The notes under the pieces are model-generated. The model did not search any database, was not told the origin of the DNA, and was given only the letters and a program-made list of their open reading frames with translations. 64,000 bases of DNA, taken from Cycas panzhihuaensis (taxonomy: Eukaryota; Plantae; Cycadophyta). The stretch is taken from contig CM041465.1 of the NCBI GenBank assembly GCA_023213395.1, positions 199,151,741 to 199,215,740 on the forward strand. Reading direction: 5' to 3'. Below are positions 12,701-26,680 of this stretch, one piece after another. Both the position numbers and the translations under genes were made by a program. How positions within the stretch are numbered: position 1 is the stretch's first letter; each line of letters starts with the position of its first letter.

Positions 12701-14700
12701 TTCTCACAATGAATTTCAATTATGAGACGCTCACAAAAGCCTCTAGAATGGTTCATAAGTGACAATGAATCTCAACTTCAAGAGTAGGATACTCATAAAT
12801 GCTCTTAATAATGAACTAAAATGTCTTCATTAATGGAATACTAAATGCCATCATGCTTGAATATATTTGCGTTGTTACTAATTATGAGATTTGGTGAGAT
12901 GTCTCATCTTACAAAATCTCAATCACTTTTGTAGGTGGATGACCTATATAGATGAACATAACTAGCAACTATTTTCCTCATTTTCATCATATGTAGTGGA
13001 CTCATTTCAGACCTACAAACTCATACATACTAATGCATCGCATGCTAAATATAATTATCTACATAAATGAATAAATATACATACCATTAATTTTCTACTT
13101 CATCTCATGTATATAACTTTAAATCATTTGTATATAACCTTCATTCATCTTTACCAACTTCATCTAGCCCCAGAATCTATATCATATGTCATAAGAATAA
13201 ATATATTTTCATGTGCCCAACCTATCTCATTATAGGAAAAATCACATTCGATACTTAAGAATAATCTTTGAGTAATACAACGGGTATCACTTATGCTTTA
13301 ATCTAAGTAAATGTATCTTTGTTGTCACTTCTAGAAAATTGTTGGGAAACATTAGTTTGTTATGATAGTATTAGAGTTGACCCTAAAAGGGTAAGGGTTA
13401 TCATTAGCATACCACCTTTGTGAAATCAAAAGTGAGTAAAATCCTTTCTTGATAAGTTAGGTTTCTTATAGAGGTTCATTACAGATTTTTTATTTAATAC
13501 CAAACCTATGATTGATTTTCTCAAGAAAGTGGCTTCTCTAAAATAGATCATGCATTTTCAAGAATCTTTTAATAAATTAAAGTATGTCTTAGTTTTGGCT
13601 CCCATTCTTACTTCCCCCCACTTTTTCAAGCCTTTTATCTTATACACATCTTCTATCAACAAGTCCCTTAAAGGCATGCTTACTTGAGAAGAAGAGTTTG
13701 ATAGGGAGAGATCCATCTAGTTCATATGCAAAACCCTCATTACTACTGAGCTTAATTATTTTACTTGAGATAAGGAATTATTATCCTTAGTCTTTATAGC
13801 TAAGAAGTTAAATCAGTATCTTCTTAGTAACACTACCTTTGCAATTTCCCACTTAGGCGAGATTCACCACTTACTCACTAAGAGTGATCCTATAGGACAA
13901 GCTAGTAAGTAGGTACTCCTCTCACAAGAGATTGATGTTTGAATTATTAATCATAAATAAAAAAAGGAATGATAGTCAGTTAAATGACGGTATAGGAACC
14001 ATTACCTAACCCTACTAATTTGATAATCAATAATAGGCTTCCTAATGGATAGATCTTTTAAGTAGATATCATGCCTATAGGAGAGGAATAGTATAATGAG
14101 ATCAAAGATTACCTTAATGACTAAACATATTCTCTTAGCATGTTCCCTAAAAAGAGGAAATAAATTAGAGAAATTACATACTAATGTCTTCTCCTTAAAG
14201 ATATCCTTTATAAATGCTACTTCAATGGAGTTCTATTAAGACGTCTTTTGGCTTTTTAAGGCTCAAATTGCCCTGACTAAGTATCGCAATGGCATATGTA
14301 GAGGCCACTTCAATGGCTAATCTATAGCTTGACATATCCTTCAAATAGGATATTATTAGCCAATACTATTCAAGGATGCTCATGCATAGATTTAAAAATG
14401 TGGAAAGTGCCAAGCATATGCCATATTGATACACCAACCTACCTAGTCACTTAAGTCTATCATATCTTTGCCGCCCTTTTCCAATGGAGGCTTAAACTCA
14501 TACATCAAATTTACCCTCCATCCTTGAGTAGACATAAATTTATTTTGACTATTATATAATACTTTACTAAGTGGAGTGAAGGCGTACCACTAGTTATCAT
14601 AATTAGGAAAATAATTATAGCATCCATCTTCTAATATATCATCTATAGATTCAAAGTTCCTAATGTCATCATCATAGATAATAGAACTCCCTTATACAAT

Positions 14701-17700
14701 TATTAAATAATTAAACTACAAAAAATAAACATTAGAAAAACAAAATAAAATACCAAAGGATCAAAACGGTACCCTTAAGGTACCTCAAATTTAATTAACA
14801 CCAACAAAACATCTTTATAATAGATATTTTATATGATATATTACATGTGTATTTATAATACATAATATAATAATGTGTGGGACCCAATAGTGTATGGGAT
14901 ATAATAAAAATATGATTGCATACAAATATGCATTACTAATATGCCTCTAGAACTGTGAACTAAGCTATTCCAACACTCTCCCTTAATGTACATTTAGGTC
15001 ATTTGTATTTGCAATGCCTTGTCTTTGGAAATGTCTTGAAGATGATGTATTCAACTTGATCCTTGTCTTTAATCCTATAGTGATGTCTTTGTTATAGAAT
15101 GATGTCTTTAACTTGATTTTTGTCTTCAATCCTATAATGATGTCTTTACTACAATGGCTCTAACAAGTACAAATCTTGATTCTTTATCATGGTTGGTCTA
15201 GTCCAATTTTGATGTAGATCTTGTAGGTAACCATCTTCAAATAAAACCTCTTAATCAACATATCTAATAATGATTTCTTCAACCCTTGGAGTGGAATCTC
15301 CATTAATCTTTGAACTTGAATCAATATTCAAAATAGGAAAAACACCAAACTCATCTTTAATAAGATCATCATATTCATATTCAATTTCCTTTGAAATAAT
15401 GGTGTCATCTAAATAAACCTCTATCATCAATATCAACATCTTCAATAGTAGTTGTAGTCTCATCAATGTATTCAACCATAGTTTCTTTATGTTCAGTAGT
15501 AGTTTCACCTATACTCATAGTTTCTTCATATACCTTTGTATCAATATCAATAGTGATTTCTTCATTCTCTTTACCATAATCATTAATAGTCTCATTTGCC
15601 TTTTCAATCATTTATTGTATCTCTTTAAGAGTTTATTCAAATACATCCATTAAAAAATCCCAAGATTCCTTGGTAGTACTTACATGATGAACCTTAAGAA
15701 TGACAAAATGATATGCATAAGGAAGATTAACTTTATCTAGTATAACAAGAATCATAATAATCACTTCTTTGTTTTTCTTCTTAAGTTTTTCCATCTCTTC
15801 TTCATCCTTAGGAATATCATATCCATCAAAAATAAATTTCCACAAACCTCTAGCTATGAGTAAACATCTCATTTTAATTGTCCAAAACAAATAGTTTGCT
15901 TCATTATGCTTAGGTATCAGAAGATGCAAATCCCTTAAGTAAAATTCATTTCTTTCATGAATGTATATGACCACGTCATTCTCCTCCATGATTATAAATG
16001 TACCTCCCAACAATATGTCCCTTTTATTAATAAACAAATATACCTAACATTAGTAACTTGCCCATTAATCATGCTCAACAAACTCTCTCATATCTTATAT
16101 CCCTTATCATATCATCACCTTATACATTTCTCATATCACCAAGCAATCACATATAAAAAGTATTTAAAACACTTACTTCACCAATAAATCAATGTCTCAT
16201 ACATACCACATACATCTCATAAAGATCATGCATGCCTTATGTTGCTAGTAAATTACTAAGACACATCACACTTCACTTGATCATCTTAATACTCAAATAT
16301 AACTTATGCCACACATATAACCATATACCAAACTCATGCATATATTATTATCAAACAAGCCCCCTTTTACAATGTGTCACATATCAATCTATATGTCCTA
16401 TCTTCTCAAATTTAGTACCTCCTTCATACTTTATCAAATGAATAGCCAAAGAACCCAAAAATTCATCTCAAATGCATCTTATATAAGCCACATAATCCCA
16501 CAACTCTTCTAGCTAAACAATATCAATCCTATCCTTGATTTTAGGACCTCCTTCTACCTCCAAGTCCTTTGTAGGACCCAAATATATAAATTACAATAAA
16601 AAAAGTTTATAATAGCCTTATAGGGTTTAATAAATAATTGGTCGAGGGTCAAGGAATAGGCAAGAGAATAATGTAAGAGTTGCAAAAGAAAATTTTATTT
16701 GGTTACCACCCAGAGATCTAACATAATGACTCAAATTTAGACCAAAGTTTCTCTACGAAAACAGTATCAAAATATACTAAATTATATACCAAAATGGCAG
16801 GCTTTGATTCATAATTCCAATGGTACAGTTTAAGAAACTGACTCCTAAAACACAAGATATAAAGAAAAATGCATAGATACCCCTTTAGAAAAAATAAAAT
16901 ATTAGAAAAAAATAAAAGTTTAATTTTAACACTCTTCACTAAATAAAACTAGGCCATATCAATATGCCATATGACTAGGGGGCTAAAGCTTCATGCAACT
17001 ATCAGACTTCAAATAAATTTTAATTTAATTTAATTCTTCAATACCTTTAAAAATATATATATACCCTAAATCAAAGATATAACTTGTGAATGGATTTACT
17101 GTGTTCATCAATGAAGAAATCAAATCGATCAAGTGATAACTCAAATCAATTTATAGAGAGATGAATTTATGAAACTGGTGAATGAAATCGACCAAATATG
17201 AATGATGAAAATAACTCAACACAAGGGAGGATTCCACAAGCTATGAAGAGAGGTGTAAATATTATTATAATAGTGATCATGTGAACAAATTTTCATAGTG
17301 TTAATTTATCCCAAAACTGATCCACTACCCGCTCCAATAAGATTTTATATGCATGAAATATATGGCTACATTAATACTGAGATGGGGGTAGTCACTCCTT
17401 TAGAAGGTCACATATAAAATCATAGAGACCGATCCATGAATTTTATTATCATAATAACTATGGTTCTATATTTGAAGTTCCCATGGCTGTAACCAATTTT
17501 TTCCCTCATTTGCAATCACATGCAAGAGGGAGCCATGATATATAATCAATAATAGTGTACGACACTCAAACTGAATAGTTATAAGTTAAATAGATCTTCA
17601 AATAGGCCTTTAAATGGATCAAATATGCCCCTCACATGAGCCAAAAATATAACAAAAAATAGCAGGTATAGATATAGTAAACACAATTCCATAGCTTATG

Positions 17701-18216
17701 TAATTGAGTAATTTAATAGTAATACACAATGAATCAATGATACAGGTATGTATCTCACCATAGTAATATGCAATATATAACAAATCTACGAACAGAATTA
17801 TGAGCCACAAATCAACTAGCAATGGGCTCTACAAACATCTCTTCACACATCAACAGAACTTAGGGTTTCACCAAGCAAATTGGTAATCTACAAACCATCA
17901 AATATTTTCTCACTTGACCTTGGCTTTCATACCATGTTGAATAACTAAACTACAAAAAATAAACATTAGCAAAGCAAAATTAAAAAAAAAACACTGCAGG
18001 ATCAGAATGGTACCCTTAAGGTACCTCAAATTCAATTAACTCTAAAAAAACATATGTGCAATAGATATTTTATATAATATATTATATGTATATTTATAGT
18101 ACATGATATGATAATGTGTGGAACCCAATAGCATGTGGGACATAATAAAAATATAATTCCATACAAATGTGCATTGCTAATATGCCTCGGGAACTGTGAT
18201 CTAAGTTATTCCAACA
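14701..18216 (-). mobile_element. Non-autonomous copia-derived LTR element with gag only (TR-GAG-like); LTRs 14701-14975 and 17935-18216
   Basis: Two ~280-bp direct repeats; PBS (GGCTTTCATACCA, 17922-17934) and PPT (CTCTCCCTT, 14976-14984) on minus strand; host integrase resumes at 18217. Confidence 0.9.
15633..16037 (-). CDS. Copia Gag N-terminal domain (DUF4219/Retrotran_gag-like), truncated; followed by an acidic low-complexity tract (15251-15611)
   Basis: NYLFWTIKMRCLLIARGLWKFIFDGY...TTKESWDFL matches the copia Gag NY..W...M...L...LW...G and TAKEAWD.L pattern. Confidence 0.8.
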   Translation of the reverse strand: MFINKRDILLGGTFIIMEENDVVIYIHERNEFYLRDLHLLIPKHNEANYLFWTIKMRCLLIARGLWKFIFDGYDIPKDEEEMEKLKKKNKEVIIMILVILDKVNLPYAYHFVILKVHHVSTTKESWDFLMDVFE

Positions 18217-20177
18217 TAAACTATGTAATAAGTTCCATATCACTTATTCTTTTTTAGCACCTTACCACCCTTAGGCCAATGGCCAAGTCGAGGCTTTTAA
18301 TAAAATATTAGCTAAGATCTTGGCCAAGACTATGGCTAGTTCTCACTAAGATTATCACATTCAACTTTTATCTATATTATGGGATTATTAAATCTCCATC
18401 AAAATTATGATCAAAATGATAACATTCTCTTTAGTCTATGGCTCTAAATCTGTCCTACCTCTTGTAGTAGAAATCCATTCCTCATGTGTTTTCTTAAAGC
18501 AATTCACTGACGAAGAATGGAAAAGGGAAGAATGATTACTAAAGTTAGACAAAATAGATAAAACATGTCTAAATTCCTTTTAGAATAATATAACCTCTAA
18601 AACTAAGACTCAAGTAGCCTATGATAGTTACTTATAGTCTCAAATTTTCCCTATTAGTAATAAGGTACTCAATCTTGAATATCTTCATGACATATATAAA
18701 AAATTCACCCCCAAGTGAATAGGACCTTACCTAATTATTAAAGATCTTGAGAATGGTACATTTTATTTTTCTACTCTTAGTGACCTTGAATTCTAAAAAC
18801 CTATTATTTCACAATTCTTATGAAAGTTCTATGCCTAAATTTAGAGCATGCATACCCTTCGTAATGAGAATAAAACTATGGCTTCAAATTCCTCACCTTC
18901 TATTGAGCCTAAACTATGGTTGGTCAGTCTATTGCTTCTTTCCCAAGTCATCACTTCAATAGAAGTATAACTACCCTCACCCTCACTTTTTACCACTCCA
19001 TCTCCTTGTGCCTTCTCATGTGTATCTATGACTCATAGCAACCATGTAAGACTATTGTCAAGCCATGGGAAATTGACATTTTTTGTTATGCATGTATGTA
19101 CATGTCTCAATCATCTCAACCAAAATATGTCTTTTTCATGGTGTTTATCACTTATTCTTCCATCCTAAGTTCCAAACTTGGGAGGGAAACGAGTCCCCAA
19201 CTCTATTTACCAATATGATATCTAGATATAAGTCTAGATGGTTAGCTTCTCTAGTTATTTGAGGCACTCATTTTACTAGTCTTTCACTAGTAACATTTAC
19301 TCTTAAACTATCTCTTTCCCTTACAACCTTACACCCTTTCAATAATGTTTTTGCAAACTCATAAATAGTCTTAGTTATATACTTTTACTTATCCGATCAC
19401 TTAGTTTCCCATGCCATGATGGTTTCTACTTATACATCTCACCTACCCTCTTAAATCTTGTTACTCATTCTATTTCCATCCCTTGATGCTCAAAGATACT
19501 TTCATCTAAAGATCCTTCAAGCTCTTGTGGTTCAATTTTTCAAGGATTTGGTTCCTATTTTTTCATCTGCTTAGTTTCATTGAAAAGATTACCCCTACTA
19601 TAGTTTAAGAAGTGATGATGTTTTGTGGGTAGGCCAATCATTGAGTGCCTCCTAAGTTCATTCATTCCTTCCCTTCATCGTACCTTAACAAAAATTACGT
19701 AATAATTATAGTCAAAATGATGACTACATATCATCTAGAAAGTAAGTTTAGCATGCCTAGTTTACCATGACCCTCACTTAAACCATCATATGGTATACCT
19801 AATATAGTAAAAAAATATAACCTTTGTACATATGTTTCCAACCTTTTCACATATGGAGCAAGTCACATGGTGACTTCATCTCCACTTGCAATAATATAGT
19901 TTAGGTATATTAGTGTACATTGTTCAAGACCCTTAGATCTAGTTGTTTGGGCCCATAATGACCTCAATTATTATTAAAAACTATTCAATATCTAGTAGCT
20001 TTTACCATTATTGTATCTAGGAGGCACTCTAATGATGAGAAACTAAACCATGGCCTTATCCCCTTCTTATATTATAGTCAAAACTAAGTCTTTCATATAG
20101 AACCATATCCTCATATGTTGATTCTCATGTCATTCTTACATCAATAAATTTATCTCTAAGCTTATAGCCTCTCTATC

Positions 20178-20582
20178 ATGGCATTGAGCATACATACTGA
20201 TGGAGGCAGTTGAGGCAACCTAGTGCCATTTCCTACTACATGGATTATTTATAACCAAATGGGTAATATGTTAACTTGTACTAGTGTGTCCCTACCTCAA
20301 TCAACCAATAATAAAGCTAAATATATTGATATCATTAAAGCCTTAAGCGATATCTTACAATTTTATGATGGACTTATTAATTTTTTCTCTAACTCCCAAG
20401 TTATAATCTTTTAACTAGTCAATATCTATCATATTCATTCAGCTTACTTACACTCCTTTCATGCTCATGTTATGTTATTATTGTCTTACTTTTCATCTAT
20501 TATAATCTAGTATATTTCGTGTAGTCAAAATATTGAAGTTAACTCTCTTATATCCCATATTCTAGAACATCATCCCTTCTAG
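20178..20582 (+). pseudogene. Archaeal-type RNase HI (aRH) of the Tat element, downstream of integrase
   Basis: MALSIHTDGGS*GNL..TTWII..TNNKAKY..IIKALSD..NSQVII..*YI..SQN.EVNSL; colinear with the intact ORF at 63381-63803. Confidence 0.88.
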
Positions 20583-20611
20583 CACCATCACTCTAAGTTA
20601 GGGGAAAGACT

Positions 20612-20720
20612 CCATACTGAGTATAAACTAACTAAATGCTTTGTAATGAGTATAAACTAACTGAACAATCTATAATAAGTATAAACTAATTACATACTAC
20701 ATCATAAGTATAAACTAAAA
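20612..20720 (+). repeat. Four ~30-bp tandem units with core (AT)GAGTATAAACTAA
   Basis: Direct observation; same core in reverse orientation at ~6720-6870. Confidence 0.85.
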
Positions 20721-22984
20721 TGTAAATAATATCATTAAAATACAAAAAAAAAAGATAAAATATTTAACACAAAAATGCACAAATATCTCGGTTCCTATAT
20801 GCCTCTTATCATACCCATCATAAGGGATAATAGGGGAGAGAAAGGTTAGAGACAATAATGATCTACATATATATAAAGAAATAAATTATATAATGTATAT
20901 ATAACTTTAAAAACTTATATAATACACATGTTGTAAATACAATGGCATGGTCCTATAGCTTCCATCAGTATTTATAAATGTTTATAGTTAAGCCCCTGTA
21001 GCCATATCCCTACACCTATAGAGCAAACTCATATTCCTGCCCCTTCTTAAACCTATCTCTCTAAGGTAAAAATCATGACTAACATAGATACTCAGAGCTA
21101 CCCAAATATCTTTTTTCATGATACAAACGAGTACAAGACCTCTTCCTCCTTTAAGAGCTAGGACGTACCTACTAGATGCTCTAACTAGTAGGAGTAGCAT
21201 GCCCACTTACTTAAAAGTTGGTCATCCTATGAAGATATTATCTCTCATCACCGGTGGACTTTAGTTATGCTTTAAGGCCCCTCATCTTTACCTATCATAC
21301 TAACAGTCATGTCTCCATCACCTGACACATGTTCCAAGCTCTGATAACTGACATTAAATATTGAGTGTGAGGACCTAGAAGCTTGAGATGGCCATCCTAT
21401 TAAACTAAAGGTTTACTTATCTCATATACAAATGATAAGAGGTCATCAAGGGTTCTCCTCATCACTAAGGTGTTAATAACATCCTCGCTTATAATATAAA
21501 GCATGCCTTAGTCAATCATATTTTAGATATGCTTGAACCATTAAAAGTAAAGGATCATTGAAAAGAAAGTACATGAATATATGATAAAGAAACTCAGTAT
21601 GTATAAAGTGGTCAAATATGTCTATATGTATAGGAGGTGGTGTTGCTACATTAACTCCTAGCTTAGAAACCCCTATAACTCCATACTCTCCCATTACTAG
21701 CTCTGGACCTCCCTCCTAGTCCACCTCCATATCATCACTTGGTGGGATGACCCATACTACTATTAGCATCTCTATCTATCGAGTAACCTTTTCTCCATAT
21801 CATTTGTCCCACTAGCTCACATCTAGGATCCTCCTAACATCTCTTGAGGTGATCATAGTATCTATGATCCCTCACACTCTGAATACTCTCTATCTAAGGA
21901 CCCATAAACTAATAAAATCCTCAAGTAACTCATACTTAATGAATAGTTGGATGGAGTAGTTAGCTTTTTTTAGTCCTTGCTACCAAAGTATCTACCACTC
22001 AGTAGCTGCTAGTGCCATTAGAAAGGGCTCACTCACCCATCCTTCATTCTCTTAAGTATTTATCCTCTTAATCAACTACCAAATATAAAAGATGGCTCAA
22101 AGTCAATCTCAACATATGATAAATCTCTAAGTTAAGAAACTTTTTATTTTTAATTAGTCCTTATCTAAAATAAAAATAATAATAAGTTAATACAAAATGT
22201 AAAACGCTAACCAAAAACATGATGAACTATAATTGTAAAATTATAGTTTTAACTAGTTTATCATACTAATAGTGTGCTCATTAAAGGCAACTATGATTAT
22301 CTGAATCCTTGCAATAACAATCTCAAGGCTAAGAATATGCTCTCAAACTCCTTCCTTACATGTGAAAATAAATCATAAGGCAACCTCTTTTTCTTATAAA
22401 TATATCTCCCCTCACGACAAACGGACCCCTTAGAGCCTTATTTGTTTCATTGACTTCATTGCATATTTAACCTTGTTTCCATAATCCACCATCTAATTGA
22501 TCTTCTCTTTTGTATTTTAAGCACTCCTTTTTTATTTTTATGCCCTTGTTAATGAGTTAATTATATTGAGGTGGACCTTAAATTGAGCCCAAAGATGGAT
22601 CTCATATAACCTATCCATGTTTATACTATATTGAGTCCATTTCTAGCCCACATCATGAATTTTATATTCTCTTTTAATCCTTGAGCCTCTCTTAAATTTA
22701 GGTACCTACAAAATAGTACTAATAAGGTTAAACTATGGTAGCCATGCCTCTAAGAAGAGTTCTTGAAGAGGTTGAACTATGACAATAACTCCTCCAAAAT
22801 CCACCTTGCTAACGAGGCAAAACTATGATGGGTAATCTTATAGTAAGTTAGAACTTAATGCATGATTATGTTATGGGCTTGCTTAAGCCATTCCTTTTCC
22901 ATTTCGATAGGATTTTTTCACCACTTTCACATATCATAGACTCATCATCTAAGTTGACCTTTTCCCATGACTTAGGAAATAGAC

Positions 22985-25608
22985 CTAGGGTACCTAAATT
23001 TAACTATACTTGGCCTTAAGAGTAGAATTATTACCATTCACCATCTTGCTCTATATCATTCACAAGAGCTTCCAGTGCCAAGTGGGCAAATGATTTACCA
23101 TGATTGACCTGTTCTGGCATGGTTAGGTTTTCATCTTATTTTATTTTCCTAAGTTGCTTGCTAGTTACATTTGTATTTAATTAATAGATATAATTTAGTT
23201 AATTTCTTAATTATCGGTTTTACTTTCAATAGTTTTTTAATAAGAAAGATTTGATTGAGTTTATTAAGTATTTACTATTTTGGTCTATTTATATGAATTA
23301 AATGATTATCAATTGGATGATTATCTCTTATGTGTGATTCTGATACGATTATTAGTTAATGATTGATCTAACAACACTTTTTCATGATCTTATTCAACAT
23401 GGCCTAAGACGTTATTCTAAGTCTTGCCTATCTGCATTTTTTATTGGAATAGTATTAAGATTGAACTTTATTTTGTCTTATTTTTACCACTATTTAACAT
23501 TTTTCCTTCTTTCTCTAGTCTTAATATAAATCATCACTGCTTAATTAAGTCCTAATAATTCAATTTATTAAAATTTGTTCTAATTTTCTACATTTTTTGG
23601 CATTTCTAGACTATCAAATTTTTTATGTTTCTAAAAATATGATAATGCAAGTAAGATGCAATAGTCTCTCAATTTTTTTATTTTATTTGTATTCTTAGAT
23701 TTTTTATTGTTCCACTTATAAAATTGGTGACAAAAGATAAAAATCTTTATAATTTTAGCCTAATTTTGGTGTAGATTTATATGGGGACACTGCCCCATTA
23801 TTCCTAACATATTTCTACTTATCTTATTTAATTCCATACATGATTTTTTTCTAGAAAAATTATCAAAACCATTACCAAAAGTCATAATTTTAGGCTCCTT
23901 CATTCTCTCTCTCATTTTCTACAAATACTTACTATTTTACCAATACCTCTTTTAAGTGGTTTTCCTTTGATGTTGTGTGGTTTTTGAGCTTCTTTCCTAG
24001 TGATTTGTGAGACCTATTAGAGGAATTGGTAGTCCATCTTTGGGCACATTCCTTCCTTGTCCTCAATTTTACCTCTCCACCCATTTGTTGGGCCCTCCTC
24101 CCTTAGAACTTCACTCCTTATTAACATATATTCTAATATATTACCAACTATGGTTGAATCTCTCATTTTCAAAGCATTTTGGGCAACTTCAAAGCATGTT
24201 GGATGAAGATATAACATTGATTTGAGACTCCTTTATCTCCATCCTATTAGGTCTGAAGTGAACTTTATGATTTTGTGCTTATTTGATTAGTTAGAAGAGA
24301 TCCTTTACAAAATGAAATTATAATAAAAAAGAAGGTTTTATTTCAATTTTGGATCATTTTCTTTTAAGTATCATGGCCTTCATTGAGTGAAACAATCTAG
24401 TGAATCAAATAAGTTTTGGTTTCTAAATTATTTCTTACCACTTAAGCATTTAGAGTAAATGTATAGGATTGATCTAGCTTTAATGCACAAATTGATTACC
24501 ATTAGATTAAGTCACCTATTCTTCTTTCTTGCTCCTATTTATAATCCATGCAAAGATATGCTAAAAGAAGTTGTAAAACTATGATAGTTCTTAATGGAAA
24601 GGTGAATGGAAAGGAGGGTATCTAAATGAAGTAACCGTATTCTCTCTCATTGAGTTTTGGGTCACTCTTGATAATCATTTCCCATCAAAATTATCTAACT
24701 ATAGCAAAAATACTGCTAGTATTTTAATAGACCTCAGTAAACTAAATTCAAGCTTTTAATTCAATGATTCAATTTATATATATTATATCTTATTTAATTT
24801 ATTGGTCTTGTTTTGAAATGGTTACAATTAAAAGAAAGAAAATTTTATTACTCAATTACATTACTAAAATATGCCAACATTATGCTTACCTTTTTTAATT
24901 GTTGCATTATCTTTAAGCCACAATCTATGTATTTATTATTAGTTTAAGCTAATAGAATGATTGATTAGACCATTGGTTGAAGTGTTGTTCTTATTTGCTT
25001 AGAAAAAGAGAAAAAAAATAAAGTGGCTTTAATATTTTCATTAAGGCTACATTGGATCTCTTATATTTATTACTTTCTTTCATATCTAGTAATTAGATTA
25101 TAAAAAGATTAAAATGAAAGTGAAGGAATTACAACTAAGATAAATATAGGAGCAATTGAAGAATTTAAATTTTCTTTCATTTGCTTGCCTTGATTAGGGT
25201 GTAGTTTTCCTTTCCACTTAATGCTATTCAAAACAAAAAAATTCTTCATTTTATTTTAAATAGTCATGTTAGTATGTGTTTGGTATCTCTTTAAGTAACT
25301 AGGTTATTTACATACAATCATAAATTACATACTTAATTGTATATTATGGAGTTGTTTAACCTTTCATACATAGGCAAAATAGGGGCCTTGCCATGGGAAT
25401 AACACTTGTTAAGATTATCACTCCCATACACACTAGTGGGTATCCTAAAAGCTACTACTTAGATATCAGTATATAGAGTGAGGGACGTAAAGTGATAATT
25501 TAGATCTTGGAGGCATAAGGAGAAACAGGGTAGACCTAGAGAGGGTGAATCCTATGGGTTCTCTAAAGTAGAAGTCTTCAATTGGGAGTTATCATTTTTG
25601 GACTAACA
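22985..25608 (+). mobile_element. Probable decayed ~2.6 kb 3' LTR of the Tat element at 13.2-22.9 kb
   Basis: Follows the 3'-UTR hairpin motifs (22716-22833); starts TAGGGTACCTAAATTT and ends TTTTTGGACTAACA; length similar to the young Tat LTRs; boundaries uncertain. Confidence 0.35.
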
Positions 25609-26345
25609 CATTTGGGGATCACTTGATATAATAAGGGGGATGTGTAGTTATATATAATAACCAAGCATTAGACAACACAATCTCAACACTAAGGACTATA
25701 GTCATTTTGAAGATCTCTTATTTTATTAGGCCCCATTTTATGAAATAACATTTGTATATATACACCAGTATACTTTATCATAGCCATTCAAATGAGAGCA
25801 TCTCCTTCCTATATAAGAAGGAAGGGATCGAGTGATATTCAAGGCATCATATTTCATCATCATGGGGTAAAGGATCTACACCCTTCTCTTAAGGTATAAT
25901 ACATACCTCCCTCAAACCAATTGCTTGTTCCTCTATGTCCTCCTTAGTTTAGTGATCCTAGTCCTTTAAAATTACTTCTATATATGCTTTAGTAGTTATA
26001 TAAGTTCATGTTTCCCTCTAAATTTCCATTTTAAAGGATGCTTAGTTAGGTTTAAAATGTGAGATGTACCATACCCAAGCCTTTCTATGAACATCCACAT
26101 TTAAGTATTATATAACAAACATAATCTTGGCATAATGATGCTTAAAATAATAAACTTCATAATAATGTTTAAATACTTATTTAAAAGTGGCACCTTAATC
26201 ATAAAGTTGAATGTGACCATCCATCTAAAAGTTAGGGAGGTTGAGGTCATCATTATAATAGAAAAAGAATTATTCAAAATCAAAGAACTAGACCCTAAGA
26301 CCCATTTTTTCATAGTATAAGAGTATGGTCGTCCAAGCCCTTGGG

Positions 26346-26349
<4 letters not shown>

Positions 26350-26400
<51 letters not shown>
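26350..26400. repeat. (CT)n microsatellite
   Basis: Direct observation. Confidence 0.95.
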
Positions 26401-26402
<2 letters not shown>

Positions 26403-26563
26403 TTTATTATTTAAGGTACAAAGAGAACACTTATGGCCTCAAGAGATATGGCATGTAAGTGAAAGTGTGAATGACCTAAAATAGTACAAAAAGAAATATT
26501 AGTATAAATCCTTACAAATTGGAAGGATTAACTTTAAACTTGGTTTATATAATGATTAAACTT

Positions 26564-26680
26564 GAGGGTTATGTGGCCAAGGTATTAGTCATCATAGCAA
26601 GGTTTATATGATGTCTAATACCTTATCTATATAACCATAAACCTTGGTTTGATAACTAATACCTTAACCACATAACTCTT
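26564..26680. repeat. Imperfect inverted repeat (~42-bp arms)
   Basis: GGGTTATGTGGCCAAGGTATTAGTCATC..AAGGTTTAT pairs with ATAAACCTT..GATAACTAATACCTTAACCACATAACTC. Confidence 0.8.

Larger units (their letters stand above)
13180..18838 (+). pseudogene. Ty3/gypsy Tat-like pol remnant (RT C-term, RNase H, integrase), interrupted by the insertion at 14701-18216
   Basis: SKCIFVVTSRKLLG, IRVDPKRV (RT); KPFILYT..ELNYFT*DKELLSLVF..KKLNQYLL (RH); GICRGHFNG..GYY*P..FKDAH..KCGKCQ (INT zinc finger); APYHP*ANGQVEAFNK and KFTPK*IGPY (INT core and GPY motif). Confidence 0.9.

Noticed and set aside
20612-20720. CRISPR-like repeat-spacer array
   Set aside because: Eukaryotic retroelement context, ~15-bp core and ~15-bp spacers, no cas genes
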